In this document: piece by piece, positions 16,153 through 25,370 of the stretch
How the letters are laid out: every line of letters starts with the position of its first letter
Position numbering within the stretch: position 1 is the first letter of the stretch
IMG/VR virus record: IMGVR_UViG_3300009503_000018
Span: 75,528 to 139,527 of that record
From: a virus
Reading direction: 5' to 3' (one strand)
Length of the DNA stretch: 64,000 bases
The notes under the pieces: generated by a model
What the model saw: only the letters and a program-made list of their open reading frames with translations
Told to the model about the DNA's origin: nothing
Databases searched by the model: none
Translations under genes and position numbers: made by a program

Positions 16153-17409
16153 TTACGCTTGAACTGTAACGCTTTCGCCCCACGGCGCTGGGGAATGCTC
16201 TTTTGTGAATGCCCACAGCACTGGATAGTCCGGAGCTGTCTTAGGAAACGTCCCGTATCCATCTGTGAAATAAACGAGCAGATTAGGACACAGACCGAGT
16301 TCGGCGATCTTATCGAACGCCGGACGAAAATCAGTCCCACCGCCCCCCTTGAACTTCACAGCATTGAAAACTTCATCGAATTTGTCGATTTCGGCGATTT
16401 CGTGAACCTTGGCATCGGCTGTCATGACGATAGTGCGGTCTGCAAGCATAACGACATCTCGAATTTCTGAAGCAAACTCGTTTAGAATATCCGCAGAAAT
16501 AGACCCTGATGTATCAACTACGAGAACAAGAAGCGCCGCCTCTTTTTTGGCCAAACCAGGGAGGAATGTCCGACCCCCCGCAACGCAACCAGTTAGGATT
16601 GAGCGGACTCCGCCGTGGTAATCGACCTTCTCAAAGATGTTCAATGCCTGTCCACGAATGAACTTTCGCCAGTCTACTTTTGGATCGCGTAGATGCTGGA
16701 CCAAGCGCTCTACGCCGAGAGGCATTTGCCCACGCTTTTTTGCCTGGTCGGCTGCACGGATAATACGATCCGCGAGAGCGGCTTCGTCGAGATTGGGATT
16801 GGAAAAATGTGCATCCCACGAACCCATATCGCCTGCTTCTTGTTGGCAATAAGGGCAATCGGGATCGGCATCGCCCTGACCCTGGTCCGAACCTGCTTTA
16901 TCCGCACCTGAACCTGAACCCGACTTTCCTTTGTTCTCATCGAGGAGTTTTTTGTAGATTTCCTCAGCCGCGAGCCCACTAAACTCTCTTCGATACAGCG
17001 TCCACTCCGGCAACTGCATGGACAGATCCTCAATGAGGATTGCATTGACAGCATAGTCACATGCGCAGTTCCACAGCTTATGGCTCTGGTGATTTTGCCG
17101 CCTCTGGATATGCCGGAGTGCGAGATGCATTACTTCATGACATAGCACAGCTCGACGAACAGGCTTCTCCAAGGCCAAAACAAAAGCAGGATTGTAAAAG
17201 AGGTGTACTCCATCAACACCCATCGTGGGAAAGTCCCACGTCGGGATTCGACGCAGACCACACAGAAGCTGCCCAAAGAACGGCTGATTGGTTAGAAGCT
17301 GAATCGTGGCGATAGAAAGAGCGTCTTCCGCCTTTTCAATCATCTTCGGCTTTTCCGCGTCGGGCGGGATGTGTGGATGCAAAGCCTTGTGTCGAGTATT
17401 TTTATCCAT
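16153..17409 (-). CDS. VWA-domain protein with N-terminal HExxH metallopeptidase-like domain (DUF2201 type)
   Basis: TMGVDG, HEVMHLALRHIQRR, WNCACDYAVN; C-terminal VVDTSGSI and GGGGTDF MIDAS motifs. Confidence 0.9.
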   Translation of the reverse strand: MDKNTRHKALHPHIPPDAEKPKMIEKAEDALSIATIQLLTNQPFFGQLLCGLRRIPTWDFPTMGVDGVHLFYNPAFVLALEKPVRRAVLCHEVMHLALRHIQRRQNHQSHKLWNCACDYAVNAILIEDLSMQLPEWTLYRREFSGLAAEEIYKKLLDENKGKSGSGSGADKAGSDQGQGDADPDCPYCQQEAGDMGSWDAHFSNPNLDEAALADRIIRAADQAKKRGQMPLGVERLVQHLRDPKVDWRKFIRGQALNIFEKVDYHGGVRSILTGCVAGGRTFLPGLAKKEAALLVLVVDTSGSISADILNEFASEIRDVVMLADRTIVMTADAKVHEIAEIDKFDEVFNAVKFKGGGGTDFRPAFDKIAELGLCPNLLVYFTDGYGTFPKTAPDYPVLWAFTKEHSPAPWGESVTVQA

Positions 17410-18677
17410 TACTTCTCCACAACCGCAGTAGCCAACCGAGACATCAACTCCGTAAATTCTACTTTAGCATGCTTTCGGAAAAAGTCAACTAGGCGAATTT
17501 CCGAAGCCAAATTCATATCTTGCAACGTCTTGACCTTAAGTTCGATCTGACCGAGTGTGCCCAAGAACTTAAAGATGTTCTGTGCTTGATGCGGATGCAC
17601 AATCTTCGCAGCATGCACTTTTACCCAATGCGCGACTGCGCACGAATACGCATACTTCTGGCTTACATCCTCGGTGTCGTATTGAGGCATCTTCCCTTCA
17701 TTAACGATTTCCTCCGGACACACCTTTTGGAACTGCGCAAGAAATGCCATAAACTCCGTAGTTGCTCCAGGTCCAATCAAGGGGAGAGCCAGCCGCCGGA
17801 AGTCCACATCGGACTGTGCATTAGTTTGGTCGAGAACTCGGGAATAAAATTCCCAACTTCGCGGATTCGGCTGCGCCTGTTCATCCTTCTTGAACTTTGT
17901 TGGCATGAGCGTATCGGGATACGTAGAAATCGCGCCAATAATCTCGGGACGAATCGCGTTCTCTCGCGCCCAAGCCAAAAAATCTTCGGCGTCAGTAACA
18001 ATTTCAATATGCGCAACCCGATTGTTTAGGGCGGATGAAATCCGATGGACGAATGTCCCATCACCCGCCTGATTTCCGGCGAGAACAATCATGCACCGCT
18101 TCGATAGTGCGTGAGAATGCACACGCCGGTCATACACAAGCTGCAATGCCGCGTTCTGCACCGCTTCGCATGCATTGCTAAATTCGTCGAGGAACAAGAT
18201 GGAATACACGTCATCATCCGTATTCAAATACTCCGGCTTAAACCACTGAGTAGTCTTAGACTTAGGATCAGCAAAGGGCAACCCTTTGACCTCAACTGGA
18301 TCAAACAAGGCAAGGCGCACATCGTCTACACGGATATGCGCGGGAGCTGGTCCGCGCGTCACAACCGGCTTTCCATTCTCATGTGTCACTCTCGTAACGC
18401 CACGCACACACAAGGCACATCCGGTCGGAAGATGATGCTTGGGGCATCCCCGCACATGTTCTGTAGGATTAGACGACTGGGTCTTACATCCCCCGCACTT
18501 ATCGCCTGTAGCGAACTCTTCAGCTTTCTCGATCGCCATTTGATACACAATAGCGGACTTACCCACACCGGGCGGTCCATGCATAAATGGGGGGCAGGGC
18601 TGCGGAATGTTCAGAAACAACCGCAACAGAGCCTTTGCTTCGGAAATGCTGACCTTATCCACATCTCGGACACTCAT
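17409..18677 (-). CDS. MoxR-type AAA+ ATPase with a Cys/His-rich insertion
   Basis: GPPGVGKS, Walker B ILFLDEF, AGN, SALNNR and NPRSWE; paired with the VWA gene. Confidence 0.9.
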   Translation of the reverse strand: MSVRDVDKVSISEAKALLRLFLNIPQPCPPFMHGPPGVGKSAIVYQMAIEKAEEFATGDKCGGCKTQSSNPTEHVRGCPKHHLPTGCALCVRGVTRVTHENGKPVVTRGPAPAHIRVDDVRLALFDPVEVKGLPFADPKSKTTQWFKPEYLNTDDDVYSILFLDEFSNACEAVQNAALQLVYDRRVHSHALSKRCMIVLAGNQAGDGTFVHRISSALNNRVAHIEIVTDAEDFLAWARENAIRPEIIGAISTYPDTLMPTKFKKDEQAQPNPRSWEFYSRVLDQTNAQSDVDFRRLALPLIGPGATTEFMAFLAQFQKVCPEEIVNEGKMPQYDTEDVSQKYAYSCAVAHWVKVHAAKIVHPHQAQNIFKFLGTLGQIELKVKTLQDMNLASEIRLVDFFRKHAKVEFTELMSRLATAVVEK

Positions 18678-18697
18678 AATAATTCCTCCTACATCCC

Positions 18698-18726
18698 CTT
18701 ATACTAGGGAAAATGCCAAAAGTCAA
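18698..18726 (-). promoter_or_regulatory. Sigma70-type promoter for the AAA/VWA operon
   Basis: TTGACT-N17-TATAAG, followed by an AGGAGG SD and the ATG at 18677. Confidence 0.7.
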
Positions 18727-18735
18727 GAGCGAGAT

Positions 18736-18764
18736 TTGACAGAACAACATGTTCCAGGTATACT
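18736..18764 (+). promoter_or_regulatory. Sigma70-type promoter giving a probably leaderless ligase mRNA
   Basis: TTGACA-N17-TATACT; predicted +1 coincides with the A of the ATG at 18771; no SD. Confidence 0.75.
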
Positions 18765-18770
18765 ATAAGT

Positions 18771-19679
18771 ATGAACCCTCTGCCGAGGATACCCCCAGCT
18801 CGTTGTACTGGGGAATTGTCATCATCCATTCACATAGATGACTACATGGCAGAACCCAAGCTCGATGGCGGACGGTACATGCTCTATTTGGAGCATGATG
18901 GAACTGTCCATTTTTATAGCCGTCGGGACTTTCCTCGTATTGATAAATGCGATGTCGTTCCGCATATTGCCCGTCCATATCCTCAGTTCCGAGGAACTAT
19001 CCTTGACGGAGAAGTTGTGTTGCCCAATCAAACCCAATTGAGCGAGACGACTCGAATCCTGAATATGACTCCAAAAAAGGCCGTTGCTGAACAAGAGAAG
19101 CGGGGGAAGCTTACGTACCACGTCTTTGATATTCTCTTTGTTCGTGGAGACGATGTGCGTTGGCAACCGTATCACATAAGACGGACACTGCTAGAGTCCG
19201 TGATTTCCGGAATTGCGAACCCCCATATTCAAATAATTCCACAGAGCAAAGACTATGCTCAACTATTCACGAGCATAATCGCGCAGGGAGGCGAGGGAAT
19301 CGTCCTGAAGCATATTCGTTCTTCATATGGTATGAATTGGATTAAGATGAAGCGTCGACACGACGTGAGCTGTGTCGTATCTGGTTTCCAAGAAGGACAA
19401 GGAAAATATCGTAATAATCTCGGGTCTCTCCGCGTGTCCGTATGGGACGGCGGCAAGCTCGTCGAAGTAGCAACATGTTCTGGAATGACAGATGCGGAAA
19501 GAAGTCAAATCTGGAGACACAAGGAGCGCTTTATTGGACGCGTTGTGGATGTCTTTGCGCAATCTATTACGCAGGACAAAAGGCTTCGCCACCCTATTTT
19601 TCACCGCTTCCGTGACGATTATGCTCCAAGTGATTGTACCATGAAAAAGCTCCTATCCGATCTTCAAGCCAGGACTTGA
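18771..19679 (+). CDS. Minimal ATP-dependent DNA ligase
   Basis: Motif I EPKLDG, ILDGEV, YHVFDIL, GGEGIVLK, WIKMK, OB domain ending LRHPIFHRFRDD. Confidence 0.92.
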   Translation: MNPLPRIPPARCTGELSSSIHIDDYMAEPKLDGGRYMLYLEHDGTVHFYSRRDFPRIDKCDVVPHIARPYPQFRGTILDGEVVLPNQTQLSETTRILNMTPKKAVAEQEKRGKLTYHVFDILFVRGDDVRWQPYHIRRTLLESVISGIANPHIQIIPQSKDYAQLFTSIIAQGGEGIVLKHIRSSYGMNWIKMKRRHDVSCVVSGFQEGQGKYRNNLGSLRVSVWDGGKLVEVATCSGMTDAERSQIWRHKERFIGRVVDVFAQSITQDKRLRHPIFHRFRDDYAPSDCTMKKLLSDLQART

Positions 19680-19704
19680 CATTATTCGACAATCCGTATA
19701 TTGT
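19676..19704 (+). promoter_or_regulatory. Sigma70-type promoter overlapping the ligase stop
   Basis: TTGACA-N17-TATTGT, followed by an AAGGAGG SD and the ATG at 19724. Confidence 0.65.
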
Positions 19705-19723
19705 TGCTTGTAAGGAGGCGACA

Positions 19724-20317
19724 ATGCCAATCGTTAAGAAGGAAGAAAAGGCTACAAAGTCCTATCCCGAGCCATTCCTTCGGCTCGCGGACAAGGCGGC
19801 GACGCTCCAGGTCGCGCAAAGCTACTTCCGCGACCTATACGATGAGGCGCGCAGCGAAATCGAGCAGTATCTCGCCGATGATAACTGCCCTATTACCGTC
19901 CATATCGGCGAGAAGGGATCAAATCCCAAGATCGACGGCGTTTGCACCATTATCCTTACTCAGCCCGAGCGACTCGATAATAGAGCGGCCGCGCAAACCG
20001 TTGCCGACCTTGTATCCACAGGCAAGATTAATCCAGCCGATCTCGTCGAGCTTATTTCACAAGTCAACAAGGAAGCTTTGGCGAAGGTTGTTGACTCAGA
20101 CACGCTCAAGTCTTTGATTAAGCGCAACGACGACGGCGATGTGCCTGTGCAGATTGCAGTCCGTGTTGACAACGAATATAAGCTCGCGGTTCATCCGTAT
20201 TTCGAAGCCATGTACGCTACCGTGAGCGAAAAGATCGACAAACAGCGCGAGCCGACAGCTCAGCTAAAGATCAAATCCGACAAAGACGACAAGAAGCGTA
20301 ATCGAAAGGCAGCATAA
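19724..20317 (+). CDS. Hypothetical protein with basic C-terminus
   Basis: Start MPIVKK follows a strong SD; the ORF track starts at 19634. Confidence 0.75.
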   Translation: MPIVKKEEKATKSYPEPFLRLADKAATLQVAQSYFRDLYDEARSEIEQYLADDNCPITVHIGEKGSNPKIDGVCTIILTQPERLDNRAAAQTVADLVSTGKINPADLVELISQVNKEALAKVVDSDTLKSLIKRNDDGDVPVQIAVRVDNEYKLAVHPYFEAMYATVSEKIDKQREPTAQLKIKSDKDDKKRNRKAA

Positions 20318-20514
20318 TGAACACTAATAAGCAGGACACGGAACTAATATGGCAGCCGATTCCGGCGAAATGCTCAGGCGGCGTAATCTACGGATGGAGG
20401 CTCCGGCGCAGCGACGGCGTAGTCAGCGATGAATTGTATGTTACTTATGCGCAGGCTGTACGTTCTGCCGCATATGTGAATTATCGAAATCAAATGTCAA
20501 AATTCACACGATGA
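20317..20514 (+). CDS. Small hypothetical protein
   Basis: 65 aa; TAATG and ATGA coupling at both ends. Confidence 0.65.
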   Translation: MNTNKQDTELIWQPIPAKCSGGVIYGWRLRRSDGVVSDELYVTYAQAVRSAAYVNYRNQMSKFTR

Positions 20515-20858
20515 TCACAGTTTTGGCTATTTGCGATATTCCCGGCGAGGGAAAAAGAGAAATGTGGTCTGCTCAGTACAACGAGCGCACAAAAACAGCT
20601 TTTATCCAATATGGGAAGGTTCCTCCCGGCAGATTTAAGTCTGTAGGCACCCTCCTGCTTCTAAAAACCAACCAGTGTAAAAAACAACAATTTTCCGATC
20701 ATAATTCAGCCTTAGATTTTCTTCAAAAGAGTATTCAACAAAAAAATTCTGAAGGATATCGAGTAGTTTTGTATCAACATGACGAACTCCCTATGACATA
20801 TTTGTCAAATTGTCCCTTCAATGAAAATGGATTCATCCGGATGAAAACATGGGGATAA
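20511..20858 (+). CDS. WGR-domain-like protein
   Basis: W...IQYGKVPPG...QQFSDHNSALDFLQKSIQQKNSEGY matches the WGR pattern (xGRxG...F...A...K..KGY). Confidence 0.55.
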   Translation: MITVLAICDIPGEGKREMWSAQYNERTKTAFIQYGKVPPGRFKSVGTLLLLKTNQCKKQQFSDHNSALDFLQKSIQQKNSEGYRVVLYQHDELPMTYLSNCPFNENGFIRMKTWG

Positions 20859-20927
20859 CTAAGTCTGAGACACAAAAATAGTTTCTCTCCTTGGAGAGCG
20901 AGCGAGCCCCTTTCCAGGAACCGATAA

Positions 20928-21299
20928 ATGTCGATAATTCTGTGGCGTGATATTGTTGATATTGCCCAAAAAGTTTGTCGAAAGTACAACTTAAAATACG
21001 GGCAGATCCTTCCCTGCACAAGCAAAACATATCGAAGTTTTGGGGAAACTGCTCCGTGCCCCCGTTGTTGCAATTCTCTCGTATTCGACGGAGCAAATTG
21101 CAAAGAGAAAATCATCAAAATTCGTATTCATCAGCTCAATCGGGTTAACCGTCCTCTAAAAACGAGCACAATTCTGAACACATTAGCCCACGAATTGGCT
21201 CATCTCAAATACTGGGATCATGGACGAGAACATTTAAACTTTACAAAAGAGATTGTACAATACATAGCGGATTTAGGCTACGAAGTAGCGAAATCATGA
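20928..21299 (+). CDS. WLM/SprT-like zincin metalloprotease
   Basis: IKIRIH...TLAHELAHLKYWDHGREHLNF (HExxH...H). Confidence 0.75.
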   Translation: MSIILWRDIVDIAQKVCRKYNLKYGQILPCTSKTYRSFGETAPCPRCCNSLVFDGANCKEKIIKIRIHQLNRVNRPLKTSTILNTLAHELAHLKYWDHGREHLNFTKEIVQYIADLGYEVAKS

Positions 21300-21574
21300 T
21301 CCGAATACGACTTGAGCATCCTTTGAAAGGAGAATTACGCCTCGAAGGAGGAAAAACGAGTTTTCCGAATCTCCCGTGGAGAGTTCGACTGTTCTCTGGA
21401 CGAGGAGACGAAAAACATCTTGTCGAGGAAACACGACATGCTGAAGAAGAATCCGTAATCACTTACATAGACCGGTTCGTAAAACATAACATTCAAAATG
21501 GGTATAAAGTTACTTTATTTAAGCATGATGGACTTGACATTGACTGGCTGTGTGGTCTAGGAGTTAAAACATGA
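21296..21574 (+). CDS. Second, diverged WGR-like protein
   Basis: NIQNGYKVTLFKHDGL parallels KNSEGYRVVLYQHDEL in 20511-20858. Confidence 0.45.
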   Translation: MIRIRLEHPLKGELRLEGGKTSFPNLPWRVRLFSGRGDEKHLVEETRHAEEESVITYIDRFVKHNIQNGYKVTLFKHDGLDIDWLCGLGVKT

Positions 21575-21954
21575 AAAATAAAGTCGCTTTTATAGGAAGT
21601 TCAAAACTTGTCGACGATTGCGACGCGTGCAGTCGTATTGAAGAAGAATTTCTGAAAGCTGCCCCTGATCTTGTTGTGTTGGTCCCCAACGCACGATTCA
21701 ATGCATTTATAAGATCTCTGGCTGACAAATATAGCATTCCTGTTGATGAGATGGATCCGCCCAAACCTACATGGCTCAGACGGACGACCATCAGCGAAGG
21801 CAAAATGCGATGTCGATCACTGTATGGCTATTATGTAGTAACACGGGCAAATAAACTTATATGTTTCGGAGCAAAATCGGCTCCTGGAACAGCATATCGT
21901 CCAATTGTCGAATACGCGCGGGGGCAGATCCCTGTTATCGAATTTTACTTTTAA
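21571..21954 (+). CDS. SLOG-superfamily (YspA/DUF2493-like) protein
   Basis: KVAFIGSS..., ADKYSIPV, ANKLICFGAKSAPGT layout. Confidence 0.5.
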   Translation: MKNKVAFIGSSKLVDDCDACSRIEEEFLKAAPDLVVLVPNARFNAFIRSLADKYSIPVDEMDPPKPTWLRRTTISEGKMRCRSLYGYYVVTRANKLICFGAKSAPGTAYRPIVEYARGQIPVIEFYF

Positions 21955-22409
21955 TACGCTCTCGCGTATTGGAAATGCATCGGATCTTTGCGTTTTTTGA
22001 ATTTGCCGCCCCAAAAAAATCCGTGGTGTTTAAAAATTTTAACAATCCGCATATCCATCGTCGATGTTTCTGAGCCAAGGGGATTGGATTCTGCATTGAT
22101 ATCAATCGCAATACCCCAACTATGCGTGCTAGGATAGGATTTAAAACCTCGAATTGGACGGGGTTGATAAATACCACTATATTCGCTCGCCAAATCCGCT
22201 AATCCTCTATTTTTTATTTCTGTAAAAACAGACAGAAACACCGGAACAAGCAAACGGTGACATCGCATAGATTTGACGACTTGCCCCTCATATCGTATCG
22301 GATATGGGGGAACAAATGAAGCAATATACTTTGTTTCAAAATCCGGATCGTCAATATTGCCAAATGTGGCAATAATTTCGTCCAATCCCCACGGAACTCT
22401 AGGCCACAT
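21951..22409 (-). CDS. Peptidase M15 family cell-wall peptidase (endolysin candidate)
   Basis: YQPRPIRG, STHSWGIAIDIN (SxHxxGxAxD), WGGKF, DPMHFQ; catalytic domain only. Confidence 0.85.
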   Translation of the reverse strand: MWPRVPWGLDEIIATFGNIDDPDFETKYIASFVPPYPIRYEGQVVKSMRCHRLLVPVFLSVFTEIKNRGLADLASEYSGIYQPRPIRGFKSYPSTHSWGIAIDINAESNPLGSETSTMDMRIVKIFKHHGFFWGGKFKKRKDPMHFQYARAY

Positions 22410-24477
22410 AGTGATATTCCGCCGTTACTGTCAAATTTCTTCCATCATAACCTGAATTTGATGGTTCACGCTGCATACCAATTGTGACTGGCACAGACGG
22501 CGTAGCTAAAAAGGGAAAGGGCCCAGGCGCATACAAAATCTGATTAGGAGGACCGTTCTTAGGGAATGTAAACAATGTAAATTCTTGATCTCGAATAATC
22601 AAACGAACAGTCAGTGTCCCTACACTTGAAGGATGAGCTAATCGGGCAAAAATATTTTGAATATTGCCTGATCGTCCAAATGTATATGACAAAAGATAAT
22701 TACCCGTAGCCGCCGCTGCATCAGCTATGCCTGCTTTGAGAGTCGGAGATGCCGGAGTTGTTAAATTAGTAAGATCCGCCCATTTTAATATCGTCATGGT
22801 CAAATTGTCTTGTTTCCATTTGTCCTGATTCGTCTGGAACCCGTAATTCTCCGGACGATCTGGAGGAACAACATTGGGCGGATCGACGTTGATTACGGCC
22901 CCATGTTGAATTGCGCCGCGACCTCCACGATGACCAAATAGGTTATTGGCATCAAAGTCGGTCAAATGTTTAAGAATCGTTTGATCGCCACCATACAAAT
23001 TCCCCGCCTGGACTCCCGCAGCCGCCGTAGCTCGTTGACCGGCTGTTCCAGTTAGATTTTGCGCAGCCGACCCCGCGTGTGCAACGAACATCGACAATGG
23101 AGTCACAGGAACAACCAGTCGATCCAGTTGTAGGGTCCGCTTCTGCACATTCGCATTCGTAATCGTGCCGTATCGGCGAAGATCCAGCGTCGGTTTGCCG
23201 GGCGGAACGAAAAACGGACTTGATGGATCAAATGGGGTATAGGTAATGCTGCCATTCGGTGCTGGGATTGTAAAATTCCCGAAATCTGAGATAGATCGGA
23301 ACGTTGTCGATCCATCCCAGAATACCAGACCGATTGCAAAAAACTTTTTCTCATTCTTACCAGAAACATTGGAAAATTCGAGAGCATTATTGAGCCATTC
23401 TGGTATGCTATTGTTCAATGGAACAAGTGCGTCTAAGTCGCCTTTTTTCATGGCGAGAACTTGCAATCCACTACTGTCGCTCCCGGCTTTGGCGACGATG
23501 TAGTACAGGCCCGCCTGTTGGCCAGTAAAGAGAATTGAAGTTGTACCAATTGCACTGGTATCGAAGCGCACTCCGTTGATTAACAGCGTTTCCGAAGAAG
23601 AAATCCCGTTGACGGTGACGGTATTCGTTGGGGCATTTGCAACAGAAAAAGCAAACGATCCCGAAATCGGAGTAAAATCGTCGTCTGCGGGCTCAAACCC
23701 AATCAAGCCATTGGAATGTTCGTTTGCTAAATGCTCTTGGAATTTCACATCGCCGCCAATATCGGATAACGTAAGTCCATGCGGATTATTGGTTGTAGGA
23801 ATTCCTGTCCCGATTAAGCTACGATGGAATTCGTCTTTCGCGGAATGTATAGGGAATTCGTTGTTTGCAGGGCTTTCATACAAATTCTGCAAACTCGCAA
23901 TTTGCTGACGAGTTTTCGGATTTACTCCTTGATTTGGCTGATCGCCACCTTTTGTCCGGACGAGCGGTGTATTCTGTTTTAAAGCGATTCCTGTCCCTGT
24001 TCCAACAAATTCGCCCAACAGAATAAAATTCCCATCAATAACTTGCGCATTCAAGGCGTTTGTTTTGGCCGCAGTTCGACCGGCATCGGTAGTGTCGGCA
24101 GCGACAAAAAATTCGCCGACGACTTGGGGCGTTGCCCGTGTATCAAACGTGACGGGATCGACTTCATGAGGTTTCGGATTAGAAGTCACCTCGGTAAGTC
24201 GGAGACCAAAAAAGGAACTCTTCCCGGCATCAAACGCCGCTCCGACGATGTTTGTTAGTGGGGTTGTTAAATTAATAATCTCGCCATTGAATAATGACGC
24301 TTTGCCAATCCCAACCGTAACCGAATTATTGACAATTGATAGCGTCAGACCTTCGATAACACCAAATCGACTCAATTGAGTCCGTGTTAGCAAAATTTCA
24401 GAAATTTTCGTATTTTCAGTATTATCTAAATCTGACTCGTCAACTTCTACACCGTCAGTGTACAGTGTCCTTTGCAT
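22399..24477 (-). CDS. Baseplate-attached fibre or receptor-binding protein
   Basis: N-terminal baseplate-anchor-like region, NPHGLTLSDIG repeat-type motif, beta-rich C-terminal domain; sits at the end of the baseplate operon. Confidence 0.6.
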   Translation of the reverse strand: MQRTLYTDGVEVDESDLDNTENTKISEILLTRTQLSRFGVIEGLTLSIVNNSVTVGIGKASLFNGEIINLTTPLTNIVGAAFDAGKSSFFGLRLTEVTSNPKPHEVDPVTFDTRATPQVVGEFFVAADTTDAGRTAAKTNALNAQVIDGNFILLGEFVGTGTGIALKQNTPLVRTKGGDQPNQGVNPKTRQQIASLQNLYESPANNEFPIHSAKDEFHRSLIGTGIPTTNNPHGLTLSDIGGDVKFQEHLANEHSNGLIGFEPADDDFTPISGSFAFSVANAPTNTVTVNGISSSETLLINGVRFDTSAIGTTSILFTGQQAGLYYIVAKAGSDSSGLQVLAMKKGDLDALVPLNNSIPEWLNNALEFSNVSGKNEKKFFAIGLVFWDGSTTFRSISDFGNFTIPAPNGSITYTPFDPSSPFFVPPGKPTLDLRRYGTITNANVQKRTLQLDRLVVPVTPLSMFVAHAGSAAQNLTGTAGQRATAAAGVQAGNLYGGDQTILKHLTDFDANNLFGHRGGRGAIQHGAVINVDPPNVVPPDRPENYGFQTNQDKWKQDNLTMTILKWADLTNLTTPASPTLKAGIADAAAATGNYLLSYTFGRSGNIQNIFARLAHPSSVGTLTVRLIIRDQEFTLFTFPKNGPPNQILYAPGPFPFLATPSVPVTIGMQREPSNSGYDGRNLTVTAEYHYVA

Positions 24478-24552
24478 AATTCCCTCATATTAAACGAATT
24501 GTAGTAAATACGTTGGAGAGTCCATTAATATAGAACTTTTCCTTTTAAACAA

Positions 24553-25356
24553 TTATACCGTGGAAAACCCATATGAAATAAAAATTTCCAGAGACGTAGC
24601 CGTACCGCTTGTCCTAACAACTTTCCAACTACACAAATCTCCAATGGACACTGGAATCTGTGTGGTAGAATCGGTTGTACCCTGCGGTGTAGACCCCGCC
24701 CCCGTAAGATTAAAAGCCAAGGCTGTGTCCGCACCGTTTTTTCTTAAAACGAGAGATGCCGTGCTTCCGCTTGCAAACTGACTCCATCGTACAAAAAAAT
24801 TCTTGAATTTCCCAGTAACTGGCCACGGTGTTTGAGCCTGTGTTTCATTAAAAGCCGGAAAACCTCCCATATCAAAAAAAATAGGAGTAGCAGATAACGG
24901 ACTAATTAGTAGAGCTGTTTGTGGTGAATCTGTATTACCAATTGCATAGTAACTTATGAATTTATTCTGTGTATCTTCAAAAGCCGTTATTACATGCATA
25001 AAACCTGAGGGGGAGGGGGACCCACTTATCCAATTAGTTATATAATTTGTCTGTGAAGCCGGTATAACAGCATTAACTGGTGTAAAACTCGCTGTAGTAT
25101 TTAATCCGGATATCGCAATTGGGGGAGTCAAAGACGCGTTGTTATTATATTTAAGTCTATAAGAAACAGCATTACCTGCACCTGGCGGTGTAGGCGCAAT
25201 CGCAACAGTGGTTATGACGTTAATTCCGTCTAGGAGTATATTAGTTGAGTTAGGAACCGTCTGTTCGCCCGAACTTCCCCCCACTATTGAACTCTGACTA
25301 AACATCGAGTCCCATCCAGTAGAAAAGCCTATTCTTCTCCATTTAATAAACGCCAT
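24553..25356 (-). CDS. Virion beta-sandwich protein (putative adhesin)
   Basis: Ser/Thr/Gly-rich; two similar modules, the last ending GDLCSWKVV...ISYGF. Confidence 0.55.
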   Translation of the reverse strand: MAFIKWRRIGFSTGWDSMFSQSSIVGGSSGEQTVPNSTNILLDGINVITTVAIAPTPPGAGNAVSYRLKYNNNASLTPPIAISGLNTTASFTPVNAVIPASQTNYITNWISGSPSPSGFMHVITAFEDTQNKFISYYAIGNTDSPQTALLISPLSATPIFFDMGGFPAFNETQAQTPWPVTGKFKNFFVRWSQFASGSTASLVLRKNGADTALAFNLTGAGSTPQGTTDSTTQIPVSIGDLCSWKVVRTSGTATSLEIFISYGFSTV

Positions 25357-25370
25357 AATTTATAACCCTC

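Noticed and set aside
18330-18540. Mini-intein in the AAA ATPase
   Set aside because: No C-terminal His-Asn followed by Cys/Ser/Thr, and it is too short.
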